In this document: in pieces, positions 40,089 through 52,760 of the stretch | Numbering within the stretch: the stretch's first letter is position 1 | Layout: each line of letters opens with the position of its first letter | NCBI GenBank assembly: GCA_002633005.1 | Contig: NMRA01000079.1 | Location: forward strand, 257,348-321,347 | Direction: 5' to 3' | DNA length: 64,000 nucleotides | DNA from: Phoronis australis | Lineage: Eukaryota; Animalia; Phoronida | Program-made: the position numbers and the translations under genes | The notes under the pieces: generated by a model | The model's database searches: none | Told to the model about the DNA's origin: nothing | What the model saw: the letters and a program-made list of their open reading frames with translations, nothing else

Positions 40089-43000
40089 GTATACTGGCAT
40101 TTTTGGTTGATCATATTTTATGATAAAAGATTTTTTATTATGCGCCCACATATTTATAAGTGGGTGCATATTGCCGTCATCTCAGGGAATGCGGTGTTGG
40201 CAGATATATCTCCTAAACCCCTCACAGGATTTTGAGATGTGGCAGATGTGTGCTTTTGATTAAGGCTGAAGAGGAATTTCGGACCTCTCCGGCTACTGGT
40301 GTGCCCCCAAGTGTATCTTCAGAGGTCCTCAATGGATTTTCATAAAATTTGACTGTTAGGCATCTACTAGTGATATGACACTATCCTTCCGTGGATTAGA
40401 GGTACTTTACACCACCTAGCGGCCATTTTAGAGTCTGATTTTTGGTGTCCGCCCCAAATAGCTCTAGAGATGACTGTGAAAATTGGCATATATGTTCGTA
40501 CTGTAAAGAGGGCGGCTAGCGATCGATTTTTCTATGACTTCGACTGTGGTGCCTCCTAGTGGTAGTTTTGTTTGTTTTTGCATGCATGGATATATCTCGT
40601 AAACCCTCTGCGGGATCTTTATTAAATTTTGTGCAAGTGTATTGAATGTTGACAACAGATGTCAATGACTTTCGGTCAGATCGGTCTACCGGTGTGTCCC
40701 CTGGTGGCAATTTTAGTTTTTTCGTTTACCTCTGTATCTTCAAAGGTCTTTTCCGGATTTTCATAAAATTTGACAGATGGGCAATCTATTATTGAGGTGG
40801 CACAATTCTCTAGTTTTGGGATTGATTCAAGGTATTTTGCGCCACGTAGTGGCCATTTTTATTGTTTCCGCGTATAGTTTTTGGCGTCTGCCCCTCTGTC
40901 AACCAAACAATTCTAAGGATGATTGTAGAAATTGTCCTGTATGTTTCTAATTTGAAGAGGACGGCTGACGAAGATTTTCCGACTACCTTGACTACAGTGG
41001 TGCCTCCTAGTGGTAGTTTTTTACTCCCATGACTGTATCTCCTAACCTCTCTGCACGATCTTTATTAAATTTAGCAAGTGTATTTTTATGAAGTTGACAA
41101 CAAATGACGACGACTTTCAGACTTATCTAACAAAGTCTGTGCCTCCAAGTGGCAATTCAATTTTGCCTGTTTTCCTCTGTTTCTCTTGAAGCTGCTTGAT
41201 GGATTTTTGTGAAATTTGGTAAATAGCTTTCTATTGAAACGATGACATGTGTATGTTTTCAGATAGATGCTAGCTAGTGGTTATTTTTACTATTTTCTAG
41301 TCTGTTTTTGGCCTGTAGGTCGCCAAGTTGATTGCTGTTTGGCGTGTGATATATGTGTGGTACTTTTTATTTCAATGTCCATGATGGAGTTTACTAAATA
41401 CTCAGCTGCTAAATTACTTGAAAGTTTTTGTTCAAGTCTCGTATCATTATAACATTGGTTTTGTATTGTTACTAAGTTTAAAAATGATATTTGTGCTTGG
41501 GTTGAACTGACAATTCATTATTTCATCAGGTCAGTTAAGTTCTCAATAGAATTTCAGGTCATAGTGTGACCTGAAATTTTATGAGCTTGATGTGGAAAAA
41601 TCTGTCAGTTCTTTCGAAGTCCTCAAATAACCTCCAATTAGATGAAGGAAAAAGTTGTGACCAAATTCATACTCATTAGTGATATAAAACAAAGTATAAC
41701 TTGTGATGCAAGGTGGGTTTATAGCCATTCTAAAGGACACTCGCTCAAACTTGGGTGTATTTGTCTGTTGTCTATTGATGGAAGGTGGGTTTATAGACAT
41801 TCTAAAGGACACTCACTCAAACTTGGGTATATTTAAACAATATTTTTTCTCAATCTTTAGACGTTTACAAAACAGTTACATGTAACTTATATTTAATTAA
41901 CGCGGAGAAACGCCGAAATGAATTCCTTGATATGAATTAATTTAGACTTGAAAAATTATTGTACTCTCTTTGTGTTATATATTGTAATGTGGGCCGGAGG
42001 CCTGTTACATGAAATAAACCTATCCTTTGTCTGTTGTCTATTGATGTAAGGTGAGTTTATAGACATTCTAAAGGACACTCGCTCAAACTTGTGTATATTT
42101 GTCAGTTGTCTATTGATGGAAAGTGAGTTTATAGCCATTCTAAAGGACACTTGCTGAAACTTGGGTATATTTGTCTGTTGTCTACTGAAGCAACAGACAG
42201 TACCATCATGTATTTAACAAATTCTGCATACTAAATGGGGCACCGCGTCCAGACTACTCTGCTATGCATGGTGGCCACTTTAATGATCTCGGATAAGAAA
42301 AGATAACTCAGGTTTGTGATTCCTTGCAGAGCGCCTTCTCATCTCTCCATGAAACTGTCGTTCCTTTCACTCGTGACTTTGACCAGATCAAGACGAAATT
42401 GAACAAAGTGGAGTGTTACGACAAGACGTGCCTAGAGGGGGCATTGTCAGCAGTCAGCTCTCTAGTGTTGGAGGAGTGGGGATGCAGTACTTCCTGTCAG
42501 GTGTTATCATAGGCTGCTCTGGATCGACTTTGCCGGATCCACAGGGTCAGCCGGCCAAGGCATTCGATTGGTTTGAAATACAGAATTGGTCTTTGACAAC
42601 CAATCGGTTGTCTTAACTGGTGGAACCGGTGAAGTAAATCAAGTGTACCCCCTGTCATTTTGCTCTTTTACTTTGAACTCACTTCACTTCAATTAAGATG
42701 CTGGTGCCCGGTTGGTTTATTAAGTGATAAATACGCTGAAATTGAAATAACCAAGTGCTCAGGCATATTCCACTCGGCATTTATCTCTGCTCGAAATTAA
42801 AAGGGGAATGTGATACTTAAACACATCTGAGACATTGCGTACTCGTAATGTGGTCATCCATTGAAAAGGGCAGACAACCTCATACCCTGAGCGGAATTTT
42901 ATTTACATCTGGAAAATATAGAAATAATGGTAGAGAAGTTTGGAGAGAAAAAGCTGTTATATTGTTGTGCTTGTTAAAAGTTTAAGAATGAAAATGACAT

Positions 43001-46000
43001 TATCAGAAGCAATTAAAGAGTATATGGAGCCTGAAACCAGCTTTACTAGCTGGCCTTATCTCTCAGAAATATTTCCCAGTTAACTGTGCCATCTTCTCCA
43101 ATGGAAGATCTTCTGGTTTTTAAGCTTAATGTTTTGTTTAAAATATAAGAATGAAATGAAATTTCACCTGTCCGGCATATTTTGTCTCATATTTAGTGAG
43201 CATTTACTTTAGAACAACATTGATGCTCCGACGAATATAAGTCCCCAAAAACTTTAATTGGCTCTGGGAAATGCAGTTCTAAAAAACTTGGTAGTGAAAG
43301 AGTTTTAAATGATTCAATGTCAGTGCACTGTGATATATTGTTGACTGTGAAGTTGTGCCTACGTGTCTTGTCTCGACAGAGACCAGACATCACATCATTT
43401 AATAACAGTTCATCTCCCGTGGGACTCATCAGTCTCTTTGGGATCGTGGTGTTTGCACAGCTCACTCGAAATTTGTTTTTGTTGTAGATCAGTTTCATTT
43501 TTATTGAATGTTAATTATTGATATGTCAAATCCATGATTATTTTAGCAACGATGCCATTTGGCTCTCTATGACATATGATACTTTAATAAAGTATGGGCC
43601 AAAAATGTTACTATTCTGTTGTGCTCTATTTTCCTTCTTTTTAAGCATGGAATTTTTTTTTTTTAATTTGTCACAGAAGCATAAGATTTGTTATTATGTC
43701 ATATTTTGTCACTTTTTCTGACCACAATTCAATGAATTATGCTAGACTATGTAGCTCAGTTGGATTTCTCTGTGTCCAATGGCACACCAGCCATTAACGT
43801 TTTAAGGATTGAGCAAGAAAATTACCTGCTCATGCTCAGAATCTCATGTTCCTTTTTTAATGTTGGAACTGTATCTCATCACTGGAAAAGATGAAGTTTA
43901 GCAAGTTATCGTAACAGTTTTGGCCCACCCTGTTCTTATCGACTAAACTGGAATTTGTTTCAGGCTTCTTAACATTAATTTTCTTGTTGCTGGTGTTCTA
44001 AGTAATCTTTTGATGTTGCAGATAATTTGGGTCACAGATGGCACCACTGGTCACGGTGACAAAAGCTTGAAGAATTTTGTCTGTAAATACAATAGCTCAA
44101 ACGAGAAGCCTCTTCATTTTCCGTTTCCCTGTAAACTTCACGTAGCGTGTCTGGAAAACCCGCAGGCAAGTCACCTTAGCAATACTCTGGCCATGTATGA
44201 GAAACTCATCAACGTCGTCGGTCAGGCGGGCGATGTGTTTCTACCCGAGGGTGCTCTTAGCTTGAAGAACGTGGAGAATATGTTTGGTAAACTTACAGAG
44301 AAATACTACGCTCCCTCCCACGGCCTGCTGCGCTGCGGTAACCTGCAGTGCAATGTGGTACTCTACCCTCCTCCAGATGTTTTTAAAAAGTAAGTCGTTG
44401 TGACCGACACCTAGAGATGTGATCTTAGTAGGGCACAATCTGCATACAATCATTAAATTAAGCTTTGCGAGAACACAACTGTGTTTTTTCGACAACTCGA
44501 TTTCTAATTCTTGTGTACAATAGGGACTGAGTTGGTAAGCATGAAATGGTTTCTTTTATTCCTTTTGATAAACTTGATTTGAGCACAACATAATGATGTC
44601 CTTCCTTTCCAGTGCACATAGTACAGTACATACCCGTCTCCAGATGCACACATAGTCTCATTTTATGAATATGTCAACTTGTAATTCCCAGTCATGTTAC
44701 TCTCCATTCTTGTACTTCACAGTAAAAATTCTCCTATTTCGAACAGTGAAACCTTAATTATTGTCCTCAAGGTTGGAGGTGCTCTTAAATTCTAGAAATT
44801 GACAAAATTATGCACGATTTATATTGAAGAACATGTTCCAGAAAGAACAGAAATTGAGAAATATGGTGAACGTCAAAATCACTCTTGTCCCATATTCCAG
44901 AATCAACAAAATTAAGTTTTTGTGGGAGTTTCTATGTCCCAAATTCTAAAGACTCTTCAATACTAGCGGATTTTTACGTGAAATGTATCTTTTACACTGC
45001 AATCATTTATAACCTAGTTCTGACAATTTTATTAAATACAAGTAGAAAATACATTGAGCTGTCAACATATGACTACACTTGTTGTCATCACATACACGCA
45101 AACCATAATTCAACTGTTGCAGCATCCCGCTACATTGGATTAAATACTAGCTCCACCTAGGTGTTTTGTGGATTGAGAATTTGACAAGGTGTGAACGATC
45201 ATGTTAGCGAAGGGCGAGTGTTTCACGAGTACAGTTGTACTAGTATATATATTGAAATGATTGGTTGACAAGGCTCAAATAGGGAGAAAAGTGATGTTAG
45301 CCACAATTTCTCCAAGATTTTTTGCCATAAGTATGCTGTGAGTGGCCAGTATCATGGAGCATGCCACAGGCCAATCTTTCTTATATGTTTCTTTCATGTA
45401 GTTTGCCCTGTTCCTCTTAGCCCTTTGACGACATCAGATCAAATTGACTTCTCTCGCTCGCCCTGTCACTGCGGTGATTAGCTGTAATTTTGCAGTGTTT
45501 CTCTTTCAGAGATGACGATTTTGAATCCATTTGCAAAAAAGTCTCGGATGAGTTTGACATCGTTGGCTTCCTCAATTGTGCCGATATTGAAAGTCCTCCA
45601 TACATATCACGCCACCTTATGCTGCCATACACAGGTAAACAGGGTAAACATGATACTGTCATGGTATGAGTGTAGTGCAGTGGAGTGCACAAAAATTCTC
45701 ATACTCCAAATTCAACTCTTCTCTTTTATGAGGTAAAGTAACATGTCACGTGATTGGCCTAGTTTTCCAAAGGTATTACAGTCGGCACACTTCTCAGACT
45801 AGCTAGACTAGTGAAGAAGTTGGCTTTTCAATTTTTTATTGCAACTCACTTTACTACAATAAAACTTTGCTTCAGGTGTCTGGTGCGATGGACATGGCTC
45901 ATTGGCGTGCACACGTCTGATCTAATGTGTATCAGACCACTTGCATTATTTTTTAATCCAACCAGAGTTTGCTAGTCTATGATTTATTGTTTCTTGCAGA

Positions 46001-49000
46001 CAAACCTGTCAAGACGGAGGTGCTGGGTGAGGTCAGGGAGGGTGAAGAAGAGAAGGAAGACGGCCGTGTCCCCTCCCTCACTGTCCTGTTGCACGGCAGT
46101 CTCAAAGTGTCCAAGATGGTGGCCCTCGTTCAAGTCGGGTACGGCCACGGTCGTTCTTGTTAACGTATAGTGTTGGAAATCTGACAAGTTGCATTACATT
46201 CAACCTTAACTTGCTTGTGTTCAAGTAGACGAACTAAAACCTTGTGTTTGAGGCTTGATTCATAAAGCAAGTGTTCAGTCGTTGACCCGGGCAACATTAA
46301 AAATGCATTAAATTCAACATTCCTTTGTTCATTGTCAAAAACAAAATTAAAATGATAAAAGTGTGTATAAAAACACAATGCGATCGGCTTTAATGCTAGT
46401 AAAATTACGATGGGTTGATGAATAACATTTTTGAGAATTTTGTTTTCAATGAAAATCATTGAATAAGGTTTCTACTTGAAGGGAAAAACTTGTATACTCA
46501 TACTAATTGATATTCAATTGAAAAATGTTATTGGTGATACTGCTAATGTTTGTGGTACCGTATTTAACTTGAGGTCAGAAAGATTGGCGTAATTGATTCT
46601 GGTCTGTATGCTGTTCATTTTGAAATTTGCATTTCATAGCTGGCACCAGGTGGCACTGTAGTGAGTAAAAAAAGACGGATCACTTGATTTGTGCTGGTCA
46701 AATTTGGGTCAGGGTCGTTCACTTTAACCAACGCCACCTGATGCCTACTGTGAGGCACTCCTTTCAAAATGATTTGATTGCAGACTAGAGCCAGTCATGC
46801 TGTTTTTGGCCTAATTTGTTTATTTTGTGTCTCCACGCCTTCTGTTTATTTAAAGTTACGTAGGACAATGCCAACAAGTCTGTGTGGATTTAGCAAAATA
46901 TTTAACAAGGCTACAGCTTTTATCTCAGTAAAAGTGTATAATTATTTTCTAAAAGTAGAAAGTCTGTAGAATTTGATGTTTTGCTTTATGCCAATTCCCA
47001 CTAATTGTGTCATGTGTTTTAGTGGAATTTTGAAAAAAAAAATAAAAGTACTTTCCGTGTAAAACAACGACAAAAGTAACATAACCAAATTTCATTTGAT
47101 ATAAAAGTTCAAGATAAAATCTCAAAAACGCTGCTGCAGTTTTCTAAATTGTCATTTTGTTTTCGTTTTACGCAATTTTTAATTTCTTTAGAGAAGTCAA
47201 GAAAGTCCTATTTTTGATGGCCCCTCATGCGGAAGTGGACCATTTGATAGTCAATCTGTAATAGTTTTTTAGAGATCAGTGCATAGCGCATAGTGTCTAA
47301 AAGCTTCATGAGAATCCGATCAGCCGTTTCTGAAATGTGATGTTCCAAAAATGCTAAATTTGGACATTTTTAAGTTTCTACTCAGCCTTCCTTAAGTCTG
47401 TGTTGGTATGCACAGTACTTGTTATAGAAATTTTGTGGAATGACTTTGCATTTGTCCAAGTTATTAGATATGTGAGCTTCAGAAGCTATCACTGTAGAAC
47501 CCGAAGAACTTTTGGAGGTTGGAACAGTTTCTGCATAAAATTATATAATATGATAAATTCGAGGTCACTAAAAATCTGTTTTTAATGAAATCTTGTTCAT
47601 TTTCTAGTGTGGACTGGTATGGAATGCTCTACTCTTGGGCCGATAGTCGAAAGAAGTCTAATCTCATGTTGTCAGTATTTGAACCAGGTTGGTTTGACAT
47701 AGTTTGCAGTCGTTGTCCAGGGAGTGTCATATGTGCTTAATATATAGGCTCGGAATAAATGCACCTCTGAGCCATGTAACTACATGCAAGATCTCCATTA
47801 TTGAGTCGTCTGCTCAGTGACATTCACGTTCCATGGAACACTTCGATTTACATTGGTCACCATTACCAATATTTGTGCACAGTGACGCTCTCACAACATT
47901 GAAGCCAAAATTCACAGAAAACTGTATCGAGATTAGTTACAGCAGCCCATTATTACGAAGATACAGTACACCTCAAATTAAAGTATTCAGACAAAGTGAC
48001 CCATAATTCTCCATTATGATGGCTGCTCAGAAGCCAAATTCATCGAGTGGTTTTCTCTCGTGACCCAGGAAGGTGAATAAACCTTTCTGTTAGTTTAATC
48101 ATGCCTCCATAACAGTCAGTGCCAGTTATTTTTGCTCCTATCTGAATTTTTAGCCACCATGACGGGGAAACTGGTACTTTGTCTTGTACTATAAAATACT
48201 AAAGCTGTCCACTTTTTGGGGCATTGTTCAAACCCTGGTTATGAAGATATAACGCAAAATATTCACTGCCACCATTTGGGTTGAATGCAATTGAGTATTA
48301 CGGTGGTTTCTTCAAAGTGTCCTGGTTTGTTTGACTAGGTGTAGATGCCCTGCCATGGTTGGGCCCCCTCAACCTGCTGGGTCCTGTCCAGGGTTTTGAT
48401 CTGCCCCCCTATGGAGAGGATGACGACAGGTCACCGTTTCCTGTGCGACAAGTTGATAAGCGAAGTTACGCACAGACAACAATAGTATGGATAAAATCGG
48501 CAGGCTTACAGGTATTGTGTAATATTGCGTAAGACTGATCTCATCAACTGAAAGCATGGTTACTATATTTAAGTTTTATTTCTTTGTTTGTAATTTTTTT
48601 CAGCTTACAACTTACTCTAAATTCATTTTGGAACTTTGACGCTTGTCAGAAAAAGGTGAAATTTTGTTCTTTTTTTCTGAAAAGACATTTTCCCCCGAAC
48701 GAAAACACTGATCGCATATGTGTATTCATTTGAAAGTATCATTTTTTAAATTTTTGATCAAATGTTTCACACATAGGCGTAGCCATTTATTTCTTAGAAA
48801 AAATCAATTTTCAGTGTCTGAAATAGGAAATCGTTTTGTGTATGAAGAGCGCATTTTTAACGCTTATTTCAATGGGTAAATACAAACAATGGCATAACTG
48901 CCCAAAAAATCAAATTAACAATATATCTAGTCAAAATAAACAATCAGGTGCAGAAATCAGATTGCGTTTGTTGGATTTCTAGCACTTTGCAGTGATCAAA

Positions 49001-51019
49001 ATTACAAGACAAATTTAGTTTTGGTTGATACATCGCTTAGTTGGCATGGCCTCATTCCAAATTATACTCAAGAAATGTTATATTCAGCTAGCCTATTGGT
49101 TGCTGCAGTTGCTTAATAATTGTGAGAAGGTTGTTTTAAACTTGGTAATTGTATCTGCAGGCTGATATACAGAAAATTTTACGGCATGCCCGGAAGCTAC
49201 CTGAAAAATTGGCCAACTTCTATAAGGTAACTGTTATACACAAGCTCCTGTTAAATATGCAGGTGACATATGTCAGAGTATTTCCATGTTTCTCTGTTGG
49301 TCGAGTGTCTTTGCAAGATAAACTGCCTGGAAATTATAATTTATCATTAAAAGTTCGTTATGTCAGATATTCCATGCAAGTTCTAAAGGTGAAAGTGGTT
49401 TGGGTCTACGATAGAGGCTGTCACGACGTGACTTTAATTAGAAAATTTAATAGAAACATTAAGTTTAAAAGAAATAATATTTAATGAAGCTTCAACATTC
49501 AAAAACGAACATTTAAGTTTCGTCACTGGGTAGACCACTCTCCACGTGGCACCCCAAACTAATATTATCAAGTCAAGAATCCTTATGTCACGCAGTCCAT
49601 GCACAGTCTTTTGTGGTGAGCATCCGACCCCATCATCTTTGTCCGCTGAATGTCCCAAATCTACTGTAGACACAAACGTTCCACTTTCTGTGAACAGCTT
49701 CTAGCACATCTACACTGTGTCACGGATGGCTCTCGACAGCCACACCCAGGTCGAACATTTGGATGCACCCGGCCAACACAGCAGTTCAATTGCATATAAA
49801 TGTCCCGGCAACAATCGCTAAACACTGATGCCGGCGACGTAACAGACTATGTTCACAATTATCCATTCTTTACAGCAGCTCAATGTGTAGTCGGGTATAA
49901 CGTGCCCACATTTTGAGAACCAGTTTCCCCACTGAATAACGGGCACCAAACTGGTTCTCATAATGTGGGCACATTACATTTGACTATCGTCCAGTTTTTG
50001 ATCATAGTGTGCATGATTGGCCAGAAACGATTTTTATACTGTTGGTTTCTGAAGTTTGGGTCAATTAACGCATGTTTGATTATTAAGTATAGACTGGCTT
50101 CAGGCCTGGGATCGAATGTTTCTATTTAAAATTAAACTCGAAAATATATTGCTCATTTTCTGTTTTATTTCAGGAAGAACTCAAGATTATTAACTTTAAT
50201 TCTGCACTTTGGGCACATTACGAATTATGGAAACCATAATAGTCTCAGTTCACTCTTGATGACTGCTGGATTCGGGCTACAAACTTTAGTAAAAACTCAA
50301 AATTTTGAGAAAAAGCTTGAGATTTCCAGTTCAGACTCAAACTCGTACCTTTACTGCTGGGGTCATCAAGTGCAAAATGGGATTACACAGTTATCCACAT
50401 AAACCCCAATATACTCGAGTACAGAATGATAGACACTTATCTTGGGTTCGTACCAAAGTAGAAAGGAAAATGTTAAAAGTAGTTTCGATTTTGTGTAAAA
50501 AGATTAGATCCCTGCCCGTGGAGTACATCAACAATTGACCTATCGCAAGGTGCGCTCCCTTGAGAAATGTCGACAAACAAACAATACATTTTACACGGCA
50601 ACAACTTGTTTGTTGGGTAAAATGGCGACTTGGAAATGAAGGTGTGTCAAGAATGCTCGCTGTGATTGGTCAGTTAAACTGTCACTCAAACTCCTGGCGA
50701 TAGGTCAATTAATAAACACCCAAGCTTCTACTGGAAACTTCACTGTTAGATCGTGTGCAATACAATGTCATTCAAAGGTGTCATTTCTTTTGTTCAGGAG
50801 CTGAACCGTGTCAGAAAAGCTGCCCTCTCTCTGGGTTTCACAGAACTGTTGGAATCTGTGTCAGCCATGTTGGAGCGCGAGTGTCGTCTGCTTCCTGGCA
50901 CAGCTCATCCTGAAGCCGCGCTGCAGTTGTCTCACGCAGCTTCGTGTTTAAAGATGGAAAGTGCTAAAGACTTTTCTCACACAGTTAAACCTTTACCGAC
51001 AAACTTCACCGGAGAATGA
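39927..51019 (+). CDS. INTS14: Integrator complex subunit 14 (VWA9), spliced CDS join(39927-40088,42330-42500,44022-44389,45510-45634,46000-46138,47608-47687,48339-48511,49161-49226,50798-51019), 501 aa
   Basis: All introns GT-AG with matching phases, 1506 nt total; translation carries INTS14 motifs MPTVILLDVSLSM, VPFTRDF, YDKTCLE, VTDG, LLHGSLKV, KKSNLM, KRSYAQ, QKILRHARKLPEK, ELNRVRKAAL, LERECRLLPGTAHPEAA. Confidence 0.95.
40131..41310 (+). mobile_element. Helentron/HINE-like element in INTS14 intron
   Basis: Starts with T-run and short inverted repeat tatgcgcccac / gtgggtgcata, followed by degenerate tandem units homologous to 18950-20380. Confidence 0.65.
41712..42185. repeat. 72-bp tandem repeat split by a ~190-bp unrelated segment
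   Basis: tttatag(a/c)cattctaaaggacact occurs 4 times, with a period of 72 within each block. Confidence 0.85.
42330..42500 (+). CDS. INTS14: INTS14 coding exon 2
   Basis: ccttgcag|SAFSSLHETVVPFTRDF...TSCQ|gtgtta, phase 0/0. Confidence 0.93.
44022..44389 (+). CDS. INTS14: INTS14 coding exon 3
   Basis: ttgcag|IIWVTDG...FPFPCKL...LYPPP|gtaagt, phase 0/2. Confidence 0.93.
45510..45634 (+). CDS. INTS14: INTS14 coding exon 4 (alternative end 45643)
   Basis: ctctttcag|DDDFESICK...IVGFLNCADIESPPYISRHLMLP|gtaaac, phase 2/1. Confidence 0.9.
46000..46138 (+). CDS. INTS14: INTS14 coding exon 5
   Basis: ttcttgcag|...GRVPSLTVLLHGSLKVSKMVALVQVG|gtacgg, phase 1/2. Confidence 0.92.
47040..47245 (-). repeat. 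Dispersed repeat fragment (also at 53785-53965 and near 16200-16235)
   Basis: Reverse complement catgaggggccatcaaaaatagga...tttttgagattttatcttgaac matches the insertion in the U1 spacer. Confidence 0.65.
47608..47687 (+). CDS. INTS14: INTS14 coding exon 6
   Basis: tttctag|VDWYGMLYSWADSRKKSNLMLSVFEP|gttggt, phase 2/1; below the ORF-track size cut-off. Confidence 0.92.
48339..48511 (+). CDS. INTS14: INTS14 coding exon 7
   Basis: gactag|VDALPWLG...PYGEDDDRSPFPV...KRSYAQTTIVWIKSAGLQ|gtattg, phase 1/0. Confidence 0.93.
49161..49226 (+). CDS. INTS14: INTS14 coding exon 8
   Basis: ctgcag|ADIQKILRHARKLPEKLANFYK|gtaact, phase 0/0. Confidence 0.93.
49888..49986. mobile_element. ~100-bp foldback MITE, copy 2
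   Basis: tagtcgggtataacgtgcccacattttgagaaccagttt / aaactggttctcataatgtgggcacattacatttgacta. Confidence 0.75.
50533..50710. mobile_element. Short MITE, copy 2
   Basis: Perfect 14-bp TIR aattgacctatcgc / gcgataggtcaatt; colinear with 8442-8624. Confidence 0.8.
50798..51019 (+). CDS. INTS14: INTS14 final coding exon
   Basis: tgttcag|ELNRVRKAAL...PLPTNFTGE-TGA. Confidence 0.94.
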   Translation, partial: ELNRVRKAALSLGFTELLESVSAMLERECRLLPGTAHPEAALQLSHAASCLKMESAKDFSHTVKPLPTNFTGE

Positions 51020-51060
51020 TTATTTAATTTTGTAAAATACTATGTTTTATTATTTTTGTA

Positions 51061-51066
51061 AATAAA
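51061..51066 (+). terminator. Candidate INTS14 polyadenylation signal AATAAA
   Basis: First AATAAA after the stop codon, 41 nt downstream. Confidence 0.5.
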
Positions 51067-51606
51067 TGAATAATGACATTCAGTGATCTCTAGCTGGTAC
51101 TAATGTATTGACAAGGGAACAAAACGGGTGCTTGTCAGGGTTAGATGGTCTGCATTGAAGAGTTGGTCACGACCCCTTGCACCCCGTCACTGTCTTCACC
51201 AGTACTAATTGGTTACTTAGTTTGTGCCAAGGAAGCCTTTCTATGCTATTTTCAGCATCATGCCAGAAACTGAAGGCTATCCTACTGGCGTTGGGATGTG
51301 TAATTTTTATGAGGTAAATAGGGCGTTTGATTAAGATAAATCAGCTGCTTAAAACGAAAGTTCACAAAGATTATATGTACTCAAATTATCAGCCATCTTA
51401 CGAGTAATTAGCATATCATTAACATTCAAAACATTTAATAACGTGGCCAACCACAACTGAAGCTGTGGGAAAGTCGCCCTTACTGTAGGAATTCAGGAGC
51501 TGCCACGGTGACTTTAATGGCGAGAAGGCACTCATTTGACCATTCATTTTTGGGATTTTTTTCATACACCAGACTAGATATCCAATCTGCCTTTGAATCG
51601 CTCAAT

Positions 51607-51672
51607 TTCTGGGATGTTACCACTGTATTTCTGGGATGTTCCCACTGTATTTCTGGGATGTTCCCGCTGTAT
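51607..51672. repeat. 22-bp tandem repeat x3
   Basis: ttctgggatgtt(a/c)cc(a/g)ctgtat three times. Confidence 0.9.
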
Positions 51673-52256
51673 TTTTGTGTGCACAAGGGAGAAGAACAAT
51701 AGACAAGTATGAATAGCATTTTACCCCCAAAGTTGAACCATTTCATGCGGAGACGTCTAGTGTTACATTTTGACATTGGGAAAGTTTGGTCACTATTTAT
51801 TTGGGTTAATTTCAATTCGAGGAAGTAAAAGAGACGATTTTGCTTTTAAGGAAGTTCTTGTTTTCGACACCAAACCATGGTTGATATCTGCTTCAAATGA
51901 ACAACCGGGTGTTTTTCTATTGAACTTCGTTTTTGAGCTTGCTCATCTGTTGCTTTTCATGCATCTCATGTGCGAAGGAGTGCAAGAAGTTTTTCTTGCA
52001 CAGGCGTAGACAGCACACTCCCTGTTTTGAATATGATCAGGTGTCCACACAGGATTGGATAAAATTAGCCTACACAGGATGCGATTCGGTTTTAATCCGT
52101 CGCTTTCGGTCAAGTTTGTCGGCTGCAGGTCAGTCAAGTTACTGAATGTGCAGTCCCACGCCGTGACTTTCGATCTGGATCAGTGTTAATAAAACTTCCC
52201 CAGCGGATCGCGCCGTCCAGCGGGACCACCGTAATGAAATCACATTCCTCCAAGAG

Positions 52257-52760
52257 TTTCTGTTTGAACAGGCCTGTTTAATAGATTTATTTGACAATTT
52301 ATTTTTCCTTAACTTTCCAATACTTATACGTATAACAATTAATGGAAACAAGTAATTGTCATTGACAATATTTCAGATTTTTCTTTTGTTTTACTATTTG
52401 CAAAATTATTTTGAAAGAAATGTTGTTTTCTGTTGCATATGGGTCAATTACAGCGCCACTTATTAGTAGTCAAATACTCCTTCTGTCGACCAATCGCTTT
52501 GTTTCTCGGACAAATAAAAGTAAACGTATTCCGTGGAAACACAGCTTAGCTTTTTCGGACGAGACATTTCACGCGTTTAGAGTCCTAAAGTTTCGTTGTA
52601 CGGTGGAAACTCCAGATTCTGCCATTTCACAATAGAATTAGAGTAGCTTTTTCAAGTTTTCGACTTGGAATGAGCAGGTTTTTCATGACCCATGAGTAAC
52701 ACTTATTAATTACGGGTGCAAGCAAGAATTTTACTGTGTTTTATGCACTATTATCCAAAA
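52257..52760 (-). promoter_or_regulatory. U1-type upstream region without a U1 gene
   Basis: Highly similar to 53256-53760 and 55253-55730, but not followed by U1 sequence. Confidence 0.75.

Noticed and set aside
40089-40097. Donor GTATACTGG as a possible U12-type intron
   Set aside because: Differs from GTATCCTTT and there is no TCCTTAAC branch point before 42330.
41712-42185. Repeat units that might be read as a CRISPR array
   Set aside because: Head-to-tail units without unique spacers, inside a eukaryotic intron, no cas genes.
43405-43432. Minus-strand CTGATGAGTCCCACGGGAGATGAAC, hammerhead-like
   Set aside because: No GAAA after stem II and no flanking stems; at most a decayed copy.
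52134-52256. Minus-strand peptide FINTDPDRKSRRGTAHSV, faintly like Polinton/adenoviral protease NTD...G.HW
   Set aside because: Catalytic HW context missing, frame is short and closed by stops.
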